From contig CM097885.1 in the NCBI GenBank assembly GCA_044892525.1, positions 149,854,001-149,918,000 of the forward strand: a stretch of 64,000 bases of DNA, read 5' to 3'. Positions 50,721-63,300 of the stretch are shown here, piece by piece. The stretch is from Schmidtea polychroa (Eukaryota). The position numbers and the translations under genes are program-made. Position 1 is the stretch's first letter, and every line of letters begins with the position of its first letter. The notes under the pieces were generated by a model. The model worked only from the letters and a program-made list of their open reading frames with translations, did no database searches and was not told where the DNA came from.

Positions 50721-52258
50721 TATATTTTTCAAGTCGGTTACCTCTGAATTCTCGTGTTCTTATTTAAACAAATAAATCGAAACCCAACACAGAATAACCT
50801 TTTTCAAAATGATGAAAGCGATTGAAAGATGAGGAGGACCCGAAGGGAAATAACGAAGGAGGAAACCCGAATGATCAGAACAATAAGGAAGACGAGCAAT
50901 AGGAAGACGACGATGTCGATCAATACTAGGGCGAAAACGAGATGGAGAATGAGAAACGAGAACCACCACTATATCTCATAGTAATGCGGAAGAATCAAAA
51001 TCAGCCATCCCCACTACAAAGAATATTACTAATATTAATATCTATTTGCCTAAGAGACGAAAATACTATAATCGTACGAGCAAACTCAAAAGAAGTCATG
51101 ATAAAAATTACCAACAACGAAGAAAACGCAAAAACTGGATTAAGTCTCCAACTAATAGAGGGAACAAGAGTAAGTTGTGAAATTAAAAATGAAAAAAAAC
51201 TTCAACAGTCAGGAAAGATATTCAAAACTATGCACAACTTATAGCATTTGCAAAAACAACATCAGAAGAAATAGAGCCAGAGAGAACCAATGAAACTGGA
51301 ATGAGCGCCTAAATGCCATTAGATTAAAACCGAACTGACTTGCATTAGTTAAAAATGTTAGTTTATTCTATGACTTTTCTTTACATACAATTTATTAGTG
51401 AGTATTTCTAAGTCTATTATGCTAATTACCAAGATTCGTTTAATTTATCTGAAATTTCTTAAATAACAAGCACTGAAATATAAATTTCTAACCCATCTAA
51501 ATTCAATAGTAAATAAGAGCTTCTTTCGATTTTCACCTCTGATTTCTTTTCAATTGGCATTACATTTATAAAACAATTGACTATGAATCAATAAAGATAT
51601 CGATGCCTTTTGATATTCACGAATTTTCGGAACAGACTTTTTCAATGATTTTGAATATCTAGATTTGCATTTCAAATTGTGTGACCTTGAAATATGACCT
51701 TGTATTAGGAAAAATAATAATTATTATGAGTTTAATTTTATTAACAAATAACCAAACAAAAACGTAGGAAAACATACTTTATTTTACATAAATCTAAAAA
51801 ATGTCATACAATAAGTCGTATCATCAACAGTGCTGACAAAACATCAAATTGTACTGATGTGAAATTTAAAAAAAAATCGCTTAAATTAAAATAGCACTTG
51901 TATTCTTTAAGCAGCAGTTCCCGAACATCAGACGGACTCTTTGCAATATCTTCGTATCACTCTAGATTGTACATAGTATAGGATAGCAATTAAGTTTAAG
52001 TCCATTAAAGCTATTTACAGAATACTATAGATCATCCACTGATAAGCAGTGTTGACATCCGATTTATTCTTGATCCTCAAAGCAAACTCCTCCATGCAAA
52101 TAAATGTCAATTATAAATACTTCATCAGCAGCATCATAAACACTATTAAATAAGAAAACATGTACCCAAGCAAAACTACAAAAGTTATTGGAAAATATCT
52201 GGTATGTTCGATCAAATAATTATTTTCAAAAGATAAAGTCTTTCGAAAAAAAATAATG

Positions 52259-53482
52259 TTAAACTGCACTACCGTTGAAAGGTCGGTTCGTTACACTTTC
52301 TGGCCAATAAGCAGTAGTTCGGGGATTTTCTTCTTCATCTGAGCCTTCTGGAGAAGTTTGAGGTCGTGATGGAACTCTTGAGGCTGGTTCACTTGTAGCA
52401 ATTTTGTGACACAATCCATTTTGATGTTCAATTCTAAACCAATAATCGCAAGTACACTCTTGATCTCCGGTTTCCATGCAACCTCCAAGGGATGTTTGTA
52501 ATAAAACTGGAATGTAAGTAGCACATCGGTCCATATTATTTGAAGAGCAAGTCCTAGCTCGAACTAAATGTATTCTTTCTTGACTTTGTGACAACGAACG
52601 ATAAGAATGCTTTGATTTCTTTTTCATAACTTCACTTGGGATTTTATCATTATGCCCAGGAGCATGAATGCACAAACTAGCATTTGAACCTTCTTTCATT
52701 TTAGATGAAGACTTTATATCTTTAACTAAAAATGCAATTGGATCTTGATTATCTGTCGAGTAAGGGTATTTTGATGATGTCTGATTGGGTTGATTTTGGT
52801 TGGAAAGTGAGCGATGGTTTGGTACTGAAGGATAACTTGATTTATCAGATTCACTTGGATAATTATTTGAAATCACATTGTCCTCAGTAGCCAAAGGTGA
52901 ATAAATATAACCTGGTTTTGAGTAATTTAATGAAGATTTACGTTGAGTGTTTGTTGAAGAATTTTTCATAATGTTATTTTGATTCACTTTGACTTTTAAA
53001 ACTTCGTTTCGTTTGGAAATGGATCTGAGATTATTTGTCTGGCTTCTTGACTTTGACATAGTACTTCTTACTCTCTTTGATATTGCTTTATTACTTCGTC
53101 CATACCCAGCCCAACAAGTTTGAGATATTCTATCATCATCTTCATCAGATTCTCCATCAATATCAGCTTCTTCCCAGAACGAATTAGGATCAACAAATGG
53201 ATCTCCAGCAATACTTAAGTCATCAGATTTAAAAGCTTCAACAGATCGTAAATGGTAAATCAAAGTTTTAAACAACTGCCAATCGCCAAAATTCATTTCC
53301 ATTTCATTCTGAAGTTGATCCATATCACAAACACTAAGAACAAGACCGGTAACATTTAATTGAATCAACTTCTCCTTATATTTCTCAATATTTTCTTCCG
53401 AAGAGAGGCCTTCTATTTGACACATAAGGATTCCAATTTCATATTTATCCAATTGCGATAAATCTTTTCCAGGATATCCGTC
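52259..53482 (-). CDS. KIDINS220: Kidins220/ARMS homologue, terminal exon (SAM-like domain plus C-terminal tail)
   Basis: QIEGLS..NIEKY...LNVTGLVLSVCDMDQLQNEMEMNFGDWQLFK matches the Kidins220 SAM-like segment (QIEGL...NINGRVL..C..DELKKEMNMNFGDWHLFR). TTTTTAG acceptor at 53483. Open frame to TAA at 52259, ending in -SAV (PDZ-ligand-like). Confidence 0.78.
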   Translation of the reverse strand, partial: DGYPGKDLSQLDKYEIGILMCQIEGLSSEENIEKYKEKLIQLNVTGLVLSVCDMDQLQNEMEMNFGDWQLFKTLIYHLRSVEAFKSDDLSIAGDPFVDPNSFWEEADIDGESDEDDDRISQTCWAGYGRSNKAISKRVRSTMSKSRSQTNNLRSISKRNEVLKVKVNQNNIMKNSSTNTQRKSSLNYSKPGYIYSPLATEDNVISNNYPSESDKSSYPSVPNHRSLSNQNQPNQTSSKYPYSTDNQDPIAFLVKDIKSSSKMKEGSNASLCIHAPGHNDKIPSEVMKKKSKHSYRSLSQSQERIHLVRARTCSSNNMDRCATYIPVLLQTSLGGCMETGDQECTCDYWFRIEHQNGLCHKIATSEPASRVPSRPQTSPEGSDEEENPRTTAYWPESVTNRPFNGSAV

Positions 53483-54256
53483 CTAAAAATAAGAATTTTA
53501 TAACTCATGATAGTCATTTATCGCTCCAAAATATAAATATTAACAAAGGTAAGCAAGTCTTTTTCCTTTCAAAATAATACAATTATTAATCCTTGATAGA
53601 TCCAGTACCAAAAGTTTGTGGTAAATTCAAACATAAATCTATGCTGTTATCAAGGCCACCACAAGATACAGGCAGTACTTGCGATCGCTTGTGACACCCT
53701 GATGCAAAATAAAGGCATAATATTCAACTAAATTATCAATGTATATTGTTAAAGAATATAATCTGATATTATTTGCTGACATAAGTTTGAGTTGAAGTTG
53801 TTTGAGTTCATAAATTTATAATTGCACAAACACTGTACCCATTTTTCAGAGAATAATAGATAACTTCATCGAAGAAAACAATTAAAAAAACACACTTCAA
53901 CGGCATTATAATAGGAAGAAAGATTACAAATAAGACAGATCCTATACCAAAATGGAAGAATTAGTACATTATCAAGCCATTTGGCATCATATTTAACACT
54001 TCGTTGGAAAATTGTACTGACACAAAATATCAAACAGTTACAGGGATAACACATAAGTAAATGAAAATGACATCAAGAGGAATTAATGATGAATCAACTG
54101 AGATACTAAATGTTGCAGTCACAAGATCAGACCAACGTAAAATTTTCCGTCTCGTTTCAACAATTAGGGGGAATGAATGTTGTAAATAAGTTTGTTTAAA
54201 TAATTTAAATATCACCAAATTCATTCATAATACTTAAATTAGTAAATAAATACATG

Positions 54257-55270
54257 CAAGGGCGCTCCAAGCGGGCGTGTAACGCGTGCGTTGCACGCAG
54301 ACGGCCGGTTGAAAGAGCGACAAATTTAAAATAAAAACCATTTGCAAAAACTACAAAAAAAATTTTCATTTTGTATAATAAAAAAAATTACGACTATTTT
54401 GTCATTGAACGCACCCATTGTGCGTGTGGTGTCATTGAACGCACTCCAGCTTAATTTTCATATATCTGTCATTATCTTATCAAAGTCATTTAGTGTTTTA
54501 ATTTTTGAACCAAATCAACATTTCAAGTTTTAAAATTTATAAAAATCAATAAGAGATTTTTATTTAAAAAAATAATATGTTTTCTAATATTTTTGTTAAC
54601 CAATATTGTTATGGTGTACATTACAATTTGTTAGATTAGAAAGCAGAATAATAATATAGAATTTGGTAAGTATAAATTATATGTTTTCTAATATTTTTGT
54701 TAACCAATATTGTTATGGTGTACGTTAGATATTTATTATTTGTATGATTTGCACACTTAAATATAACCGGAAGAAAAACTAAACGTTTATCTGGAGCTCA
54801 ATATAAAAAGCAGCGTTTAAATAAAGTTAAATCAATCCAGAGTTTGAAGAATATTTCAAAATATTTTCAAAATACACCAACATCATCGTCTAAGCAATAT
54901 ATCAATAATTTCAATTGAACATGAAATCCTATATAATTTAGATATGCATGACTTAATTTCACAATTTGTTTGCACACGGCAAGAAAAGTCTCTTTTTTGT
55001 GAGTAGTAAACTATTGATTTCATAAAATTTCTAATTTTTGTGTGTACTAAACTATAATTTTCCTAAACTACTGTGTTTTGTGATTAATAAACTATAATTT
55101 TCATAAACTTTTGCATGTGATATGTGTGTTCATCCGTAGTTAGTTTAATTTTTACTTTAATTAAAATGTTATTTTTATTTTGGATTATAGAAAATTTTTT
55201 TAAAGAAAGGACGGTGAGCGACAGTTAATTATTTTGCACGCAGGCGGCATAACAGCTCGGCGTGACTTTG
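54257..55270 (+). mobile_element. Non-autonomous hAT (1014 bp) with dimerisation-domain relic
   Basis: Perfect TSD AATACATG and degenerate CAA.G.C TIRs. HRLSNISIISIEHE..DLISQF at ~54885-54970. Internal ~45-bp direct repeat. Confidence 0.85.
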
Positions 55271-55380
55271 AATACATGTTATTTACTTGTTAATGTACTT
55301 CTTACTCAAATATAAACAAAAAAGAGGTCCATCATCTGAATATAATGATAGTAATAAAAACTCTTATTTTGGCGAAAACA

Positions 55381-55480
55381 CTATTTAATAATATTTAAAA
55401 ATGTTTAATAATATTTAATAATATTTAATAATATTTAATAATATTTAATAATATTTAATAATATTCATTAACATTCAATA
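55381..55480. repeat. 10-bp tandem repeat (ATATTTAATA)n
   Basis: About 10 units, degenerating toward the ends. Confidence 0.9.
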
Positions 55481-56639
55481 ACATTCATTTTATTTCCCGC
55501 AAAATACAATATAATTAAAACAATACAAATCTTGTTTTAGAAATTATGTTAAATAAAAATGTCGTATTCCACGATAAAAGTATAATCTTTGAAAAATTAT
55601 TTAAATTAATTCATGCAAAATAATATAAAACAAATTGTGATTTATAATTTATGTTAATTCGATCAAAACCAAAGTTTCATATTATAGTTCCACCTGAATT
55701 TTTAAACCATATTTTCAGATACTGTAAAATTTAGTTCGAGAAAGACATTGTATAATTTAATTTGAAACTCTTGGCCCAAATTCCCAACCCGCCAGGAAAC
55801 CCTTAACATATTATGAACTCAATTACATTTTATTAGTTATAAATATAATTTAAAATTAAATATAATGTAATTTTAACTTTACTTGCATGTTAAAAATAAA
55901 GAAATTTTATAAATAAATGACATTATAGTAAAACAGCAGTTTCCAGACGAGAATTGTATAATTGCAATATCTACAGAGCCTTAAAATTATAAGCATAAAA
56001 TAATAATATTTGTTTATGATGAATAAATATCACATTTCTTTAAAAAATAATTAATTACAATTAAATGACGGGCTAGACTAAAATGATCAGTCATACAGGA
56101 TTATGTGAGACAATTGAAGATTCGAGTTGCCTTTCCAGCCGTTGTAATCTGCCCAAAGTAGATATAAAAATTTAAAAAATAGAAAATATTTAAAAAATTT
56201 TAGATTTCAAGGAATTCGTCAAAATTGTAGAATTTTACTAGTTGAGACATTTAAAAAAACATTTAAATATAGATTTTCATTTATCTTCATTTAACCCTTT
56301 CTCTAAGGCAAAGGAAACTAAAAGTGATGTAAAACTCAAAGTTTTTTAATAATAATTATATAGTTACAAATGATCATAAAAAAATATGGTTTCAAATACT
56401 ATAAATTTGTTCTCTTGTCAGTAGTTGTACCAAAAGTAAAAATGATTACCGACAGCGTTACACTTAGATATTTTTATTAGTTTAAAATGGTGTACAGTAT
56501 ATTGCCACCACCTTAGAAATGGTTAATTTTCGACTATAAATCAATGTTTTTTCGTTTTAATACAAATATGCATTTATCAAGTTCTATTTTTAAATTGTAA
56601 TATTTACAAAGTATAAGTTTGTCAATATATATATCTGAT

Positions 56640-59600
56640 CAGACCCGAATTAACATCTTCGTAGGCCTTAGGCACTTTTAGCTTGGGAGACCCTCTCGCA
56701 TAATTTTTTGTCAGTACAGTATCCCTAATGAAGTCAGCTATATCGCTAATTTTTAAAATGCGTTAATAATTCCATAGTGCTTTATTTTAACAACATTTTA
56801 TTTTATGAACGTTATTTTAAGAACTTTATTTTTTTCTTTATGTTGTGTTATAACACAACCGAGCGTTTTTCTACTACGCCCGAAATTGCGTATTTCGTAT
56901 GTATGTAAAACGTTGATGAGTATACTATTTATTATACTTTAAATGTTTTTTTCTAAGTTTAAATCCCACGTATTAAAAAAATAATCCTCCTGCAAAAATA
57001 TTCAACCCGCCTGCTATGATTGCTATGGTTAATTATCAATAGCGATTTTTTACATATAGGAGTGAATTTAAATTTGCGTATTTAGTAGCTGTGGATTTAT
57101 GGTTGCAATTGTTTTTTTGTAGTACTTTTTTTACAATTAGTTTTCAGAAAAATTTAAGAATTATAATAGTGTTTATTCTTTGTTAAAGTTATCTATAGTT
57201 ATGTTATTTATAAACGATAATATTTCTGTAAACTGTAAATATTAATTATTTAAAAGTAAGTCTTCTTTTTTAAATATATAATAATTTAATAAAAATATTA
57301 ATATATATGTAATTCCAAATATAAATTATTTAATAGTAAATCAAAAAACAAGTGATTTGTATCAAAAGGAATTCTAATTGAAGTACATATATTAAAAAGT
57401 TCCAGTTGTATTAACAATAATAAAAACAAGCATCTCTATATAAAATCTATAAAAGTGTAGATTAAGTATATTGTTCATAGAACTGAAATTCTTGAAGTAA
57501 GTATACATAATATTAAATATTTTCCTCTAACTATAAAAATTATATTTAGTTTAGCCAGTTTAAAATTTAAAGAAATGTCTGACAGATATAAGAGAAAACA
57601 CGAGTCAGGCTCAGAAAAGCGTAAAAAGAAAATTGTCAAAGAAGAAGCATTGAAAAACATGAAAGGTTCACTACTCAAATATATAACAGCAACAAGAGGA
57701 AATAATGAAAGCTGTTCTACAAATGTAAACGAATTTATTGGACCAGAAAACCAAAATCAAAATAAAACTTCAGAACAATTATCATGTGGTAGTAGTGGTA
57801 CAGAAGATATTAGTACTGATAAACAGGGCACGTATACAGGTGAGACAGAGGTAGTAGAAGGTCAAACTTCTGCCGAAATAATTATATCTTTAGAGGATAA
57901 TATAATAGAAATATCTAATGAAATATCAAAAGTTAATTTAAACTTAAAATATAATAATGATCCAGCTAATTGGGATATTACTGCTGATCTCATAAGTTAT
58001 TTTTCTGAAAATAAGCCTTCGCAAAATATAGATTTCAATTTTCTCTTGAAGGGTAGAAAATATGGAGACAAAACCAGATATCCACGTAAAGAATATTTTA
58101 TCAGGAAATTAACAAATGGGGAAACAATCGAAAGAGACTGGCTTATATATTCTCCGTCAACTGGAACAGTACATTGTTATATCTGCAAGCTTTTCCCTAG
58201 AGTGAACGTGAACGTAATTCTCAATCAATTTAAAATTGGATTTGATGATTGGAAAAATGCAATGTCCAGGATTACATCACATGAAAAATCAAAAGATCAT
58301 CTTGACGCAGTATCAGCTATGTTTCAATTACAGAAGAACAGTAAAATTGATGTAGAACTACAGAAAGAGAAAGATAAATTATGTAAATACTGGATTGAAG
58401 TTTTAAAGAGAATAGTTGCCGTAATAAAATTTCTATCTGAAAGAGGTTTGCCATTCCGTGGGAATAATGAAATTCATAATTGTTCTAATAATGGAAATTA
58501 TCTTGGTTGTATCGATCTTATAGCCGAATTTGATTCTTTTTTAAAGGAGCATATTCGAAGACATGGAAATCCTGGAAGAGGAAATGTTTCCTATTTATCT
58601 AATATTATATGTGAAGAATTTATTGGTATACTAGAATCCAAGGTAACAACGCAGATAATATCTGAAATTAAAGAAGCGAAATATTGTGGAATCAGCATTG
58701 ATTCAACTCCTGATATTAGTCATATGGACCAGATTACCGTGATAATTCGGTATGTACTTAAATGTGGAAATGTGGTTGAACGATTTTTAAAATTTATTGC
58801 AATTGAACAACACGATGGAAAATATTTATTCGACATTATACGACATACTTTGGAACATCATAACATAAGTATTGGAAATTGCAGGTCCCAATCATATGAT
58901 AACGCCAGTAATATGAGCGGCATATATACAGGTGTACAAGCTAGATTTAGAGAAATAAATAAACTGGCGGAATGGGTTCCATGTGCTGCACATAGTCTTA
59001 ATTTGGTGGGTTCAACTGCTGTGGAGTGTTGCCTGGAAGCAGTAAAGTTTTTTGGAATTTTAGAAGCAATATATACTTTTTTTTCCGCTTCACCACAGAG
59101 ATGGTCCAAATTTAAAGACAATATGAAAGAAAATACTTGTGTTGTAAAAAAATTATCAGAAACCAGATGGTCTGTACGACATGATGCTACTAAAGCTCTA
59201 TTCATGAATTATTCAGAAATTCAAAAAGCATTGTTTGAAATAACTGAAGCGAACGTCAGCCTGCAGTGGCTGTGCAGGAAGCTAAATCTTTAATAAAAAA
59301 CCTGAACAATTTTGAAATAGCATTGATGTGTGTTATTTGGAATGATTTATTGCAAAATATTAATATTGTCAATAAAGCTCTGCAGGAGACTGGCATAGAA
59401 TTATGTACCATTGTCAAATTATTTAAAACTCTCATAGCTTACTTTCATGGTATTCGTATAGAGTTTGATAAATTTGAAACCATGGCAAAAAAACTTACAA
59501 CTTCCGAATATAAACAACATACACAACGTAAACGAATAAGAAATAGATTTTTTGACGAAGTTTTAGACAACACCGATCCTAGTTTGAGCCTGAGTGCAAG

Positions 59601-60356
59601 TAACAAATTTCGTATTGAATCTTTTTATATAATAGTAGATAAACTTATTATTGAGATGCGTAAACGTCTTGAAGCATACGGAATGTTATATGAAAGGTTT
59701 AATTTTTTAGTGGACAGAACTTTGACAAATGATGAAATAGTTTCGAAAGCAAACAAGTTAGTGCAAATATATTCTTCAGATGTTGAAGATGCATTTTGTG
59801 ACGAGTTTTTATTATTTTCACGAATGTATGGAGATAAAAAATCAGTGAACGAAATGTTAGTTGCACAAATAAATGATAAATTAGTTACCAGTTTTCCCAA
59901 TGTAAATATTGTGTTACGAATTTATTTATCAATATTTGGTACGAATGCGGAAGGGGAACGTAGTTTTTCAAAGCTTAAAAGAATTAAAAATTGTCTCCGA
60001 TCAACTATGGGGCAGGAACGATTGTCAGCACTAACACTTTTATCTATTGAAAGTGATTTAATGCGAGAGATTAGTTTCGATGAGGTTATTGTCGAATTCG
60101 CAAATAAAAAATGCAGAAAAGTTATTTTAGAAAATAATTGAATAAATTGTTTACTAAATTAATGTTATTTTTTTATATATTTTTTTGAAAATAAATTTTT
60201 AATTATTATGAATTAAATCAATTTTTTTTTCATACTCTGGTTAAATATTTATAATATACATTTTTCGTAAGTATAAATACATATTTTCGTAGGCCATTTA
60301 ATATTCGTAGGCCCTAGGCAATGTGCCTACTGTGCCTATGGGATAATGCGCGCCTG
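56640..60356 (+). mobile_element. Full-length hAT transposon (3717 bp)
   Basis: Perfect TSD TATCTGAT. Imperfect TIRs CAGACCCGAATTA / CAGGCGCGCATTA. Subterminal CGTAGGCC motifs at both ends. Confidence 0.94.
57575..60141 (+). pseudogene. hAT transposase (TTF-type Zn finger, DUF4371/ZMYM1-like, dimerisation domain), single frameshift ~59250-59290
   Basis: Motifs WLIYSPSTGTVHCYICKLF, SIDSTPD, YDNASNM, CAAHSLNL, TRWS and GERSFSKL. Two long ORFs (572 + 291 aa) overlap at one point. Confidence 0.93.
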
Positions 60357-63300
60357 TATCTGATTCATAGTATTATTTTATAAAATAACACAGAAATACT
60401 ATTTATTAACTAAAACTAATTCAATATACACAGTTACAATTTATGAATAAGTTTGAGTACCAATGACACTTTATTGAAAATCAAGTAAGAGGGTTATATT
60501 TTAAAATTTTGAATACATTAAACTCCGTGAAAACGTTTCAAATACAATGGAGATCGTACAATAATCAGTAAATAAGAACAAAGGAACATACATGAAAGCA
60601 AGTAAAGAAAAGCAGTCTTCAAGATGTTTGATAAAATAATTGAAAAATTATCCCCACCCTTGATGTCACAGAAATAGGGAAATCCTTAAATAAATACCTT
60701 TTCTTGTGTCCTAGAAAGCACGAATTCTTCAAATTGTGACTGATTTTTGGAAAATGTTTTATTATTGTATTTTGTAATATATTACAAATTTACGTTGTTA
60801 CTTGTTTATACTTAATAAGTTACCGACAGCAAGTTAAAATATACAATATATCAAGATCGGAACCATTATAAATCGTTCTAACTACATATAAAGTCCAGGT
60901 CTATTAATGTTTTATCCCATAGTCACAATTTGCGGAGAATACGCATTGACCATACAAAAACTGGAAAAAAACATTAAAAAAATTATATTTCAAACGCTAT
61001 TTATTTAAATATTAGTTTAAATAAAAGTTGATTATTGAAGTTATTGGTTATCTAAAGACCAATCAGATTTCAATAGTAAGCGTAAAATTTGATTGCAATT
61101 CCATCAATCATTTATATATAATTTGTGTGTGCTATACGTGCAACTAAATCAAGTTTATTCTTTCCCCTACTTATATATTTGAAAATAAAACAGCAAAGGG
61201 ATCTAATGAAAAACTAATGAAGAACATTATTATTTTCCAAGAAAAAGTTACGGGTGAAAATTTAATAGGAATTTCAATCAATGTATTGAATTGTTTAAAG
61301 AAAACGACAATGAAATATAGGGTATGACTAGTGTGAGGTGAAATTGTGACAGATTATTTGACTGTATTGGCATCATGTTTATTTATATTATTTTGTGAAA
61401 TGAAAATAATATATTTAAGAAGACCTTAAAATAGTATTGGCATAAAAATGTAAATAATTGTCATGTTAAACTTTCTGATTCAATGGTGAGCAATGATTTT
61501 CAAAATGCCTGAGATGATTTATTATGAAATGTACGAATGTACACAATTGATCAAGGTGTTTTCATCATTTCCAAATAGTATCCCCTATAAGCATATAAAA
61601 TATGAGTCATATTTGTGAAACTTATTTTAGATTAGTAAATCTTTTGTAAATAAATAAAAGGAGATAGTTGAAGATAAACGTGTATTTAATCCAGAATTGA
61701 GTTTATTTATGTCCTTTTGACTATATGCCACAAATGAGTATGTATGCATCTGGTACTGTTCACATTTTTCTGTTTATAGTAAATTAAATTTAGAAATTGT
61801 GCATTTAATTTAATTCTTCAATGAGACATAATTTATAATATAACATATATAATATAACATATAAGTTGTAATAATAATAAATTTTTATGTCTCCTAATAA
61901 TATTAAATAGAGCAAAATTCTTATTGTTCATTAAACTTAATAAAATGTTGTATTACAAAACTATAATTTTCTTTTTACTTTTAAAATTACGTTTTATTGT
62001 TAAGGAAAGTCCTGCAGTATTTTAGCTAATAAATTTAAATGACAATTTGAAAGTACTGTAAATACAATAAGTATTGCAAACGTGACAGGATATACTATCA
62101 GGCCAACTGGGGCCATCGCCTCAGAACGCCAAACAAAATGGGGCGCTTTAATTTAGTTAATAAGATAAAAGATACTGGTTTTCTGTATAAGAAAAATTAA
62201 AAAAAAAGCTAATTGGAAATTTGCAAAAAATTCTCAATTGTAAATTTTTTTAGAAAAATTACAGTTATTGCCTATTCAAACTGCCAAAAAAAATTATTCT
62301 GTAAATTATTTTTATTTAAACTATTATTATAATCAAAGCAAGTATATTTGTTTTCATAATATTAATTAATTGATTATTAATTATTTGTTTTTTTCTATAT
62401 AAGAATGGAGAAGAAAAAAAGCGGATTTAAAAATAGGGACGCAATAATATTTTTGGCCTCATATTTAGATGGTCAATTTTATTCAACAAAAAAAGGAGTT
62501 TCTCAAAACTGGGATGTTGACCTTTAATGAAATGTAAAAGGCCCAATTGTAAAATGTATGACAACTTTTAAAATTATTTTGGTTAGGTTAATGTTTCTTC
62601 TGTAAAAGGTTGAATATTTGAGTTACAGTAGAATAGAAAATTATGGTAATTTTAGGCAATTTTAAAGGGTTCTTTCTCCTGGGTTATATATCCGTGTTTA
62701 GCGGGGAATTTATGGTCCTTTAAAGGCCTATCGTCTGAAAATAGATGTATAAGGAAGAATTATAACACTTTCGGAAAATTTCATCCTTTTTGAATGATTT
62801 TAGAGGACAATCTGCTACATGCTTCGGTATCATTAAGAAAAGGAATATAAAGGTTAATTATCCCCATTTTTGAAGGAATTAAAGGATTTATTATACAGGG
62901 TGGAGCAAAAGGATCTGACAAATTTGAAATAAATAAATAAAAAGTATTGATATAATAACTATAAAAGTCTTACTACTCATTGAATATACCATGTATTTAG
63001 TTACTATTATAGATAGGAAAAACCACTAAAATTCATCACATAGCAAAACTTGGTCCAGACCCATTCAATTCATTTACAATAAATACACAACGCAAGAATA
63101 TTGGTGCAGATAAACCCTGACAATTTTTGCAGACGTTATCCTGCCTCAGCGATGATCCTTACATAGGAGGGTTTTTTAAACCAATAAAGACAGAACCAAT
63201 TTCTAGTTTTATATTTTGCATTTATATTTCTATATCAACAGGTCTTGATAAAGAAAATGAAAACAAAGATTCCATCACAGCCTTTAAAGTCAATTTTATA

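Noticed and set aside
56099-56157. Plus-strand AG...GT micro-exon reading IRVAFPAVVICP, similar to the DEG/ENaC FPAVTIC motif
   Set aside because: Only a 7-residue match, no companion exons found, and the opposite strand offers equally plausible splice signals.
94-59900. Many 60-150 aa ORFs in the supplied track that lie antisense to or overlap TE and DHX9 coding regions (e.g. 1028-1348, 30937-31254, 43606-44067, 46675-47088, 58858-59205)
   Set aside because: They are shadows of real coding frames or low-complexity AT-rich runs. Many start at non-ATG codons and carry no motifs.
62099-62460. Possible degenerate hAT MITE (CAGGCC...GGCCTC)
   Set aside because: TIRs are poor and there is no matching 8-bp TSD.
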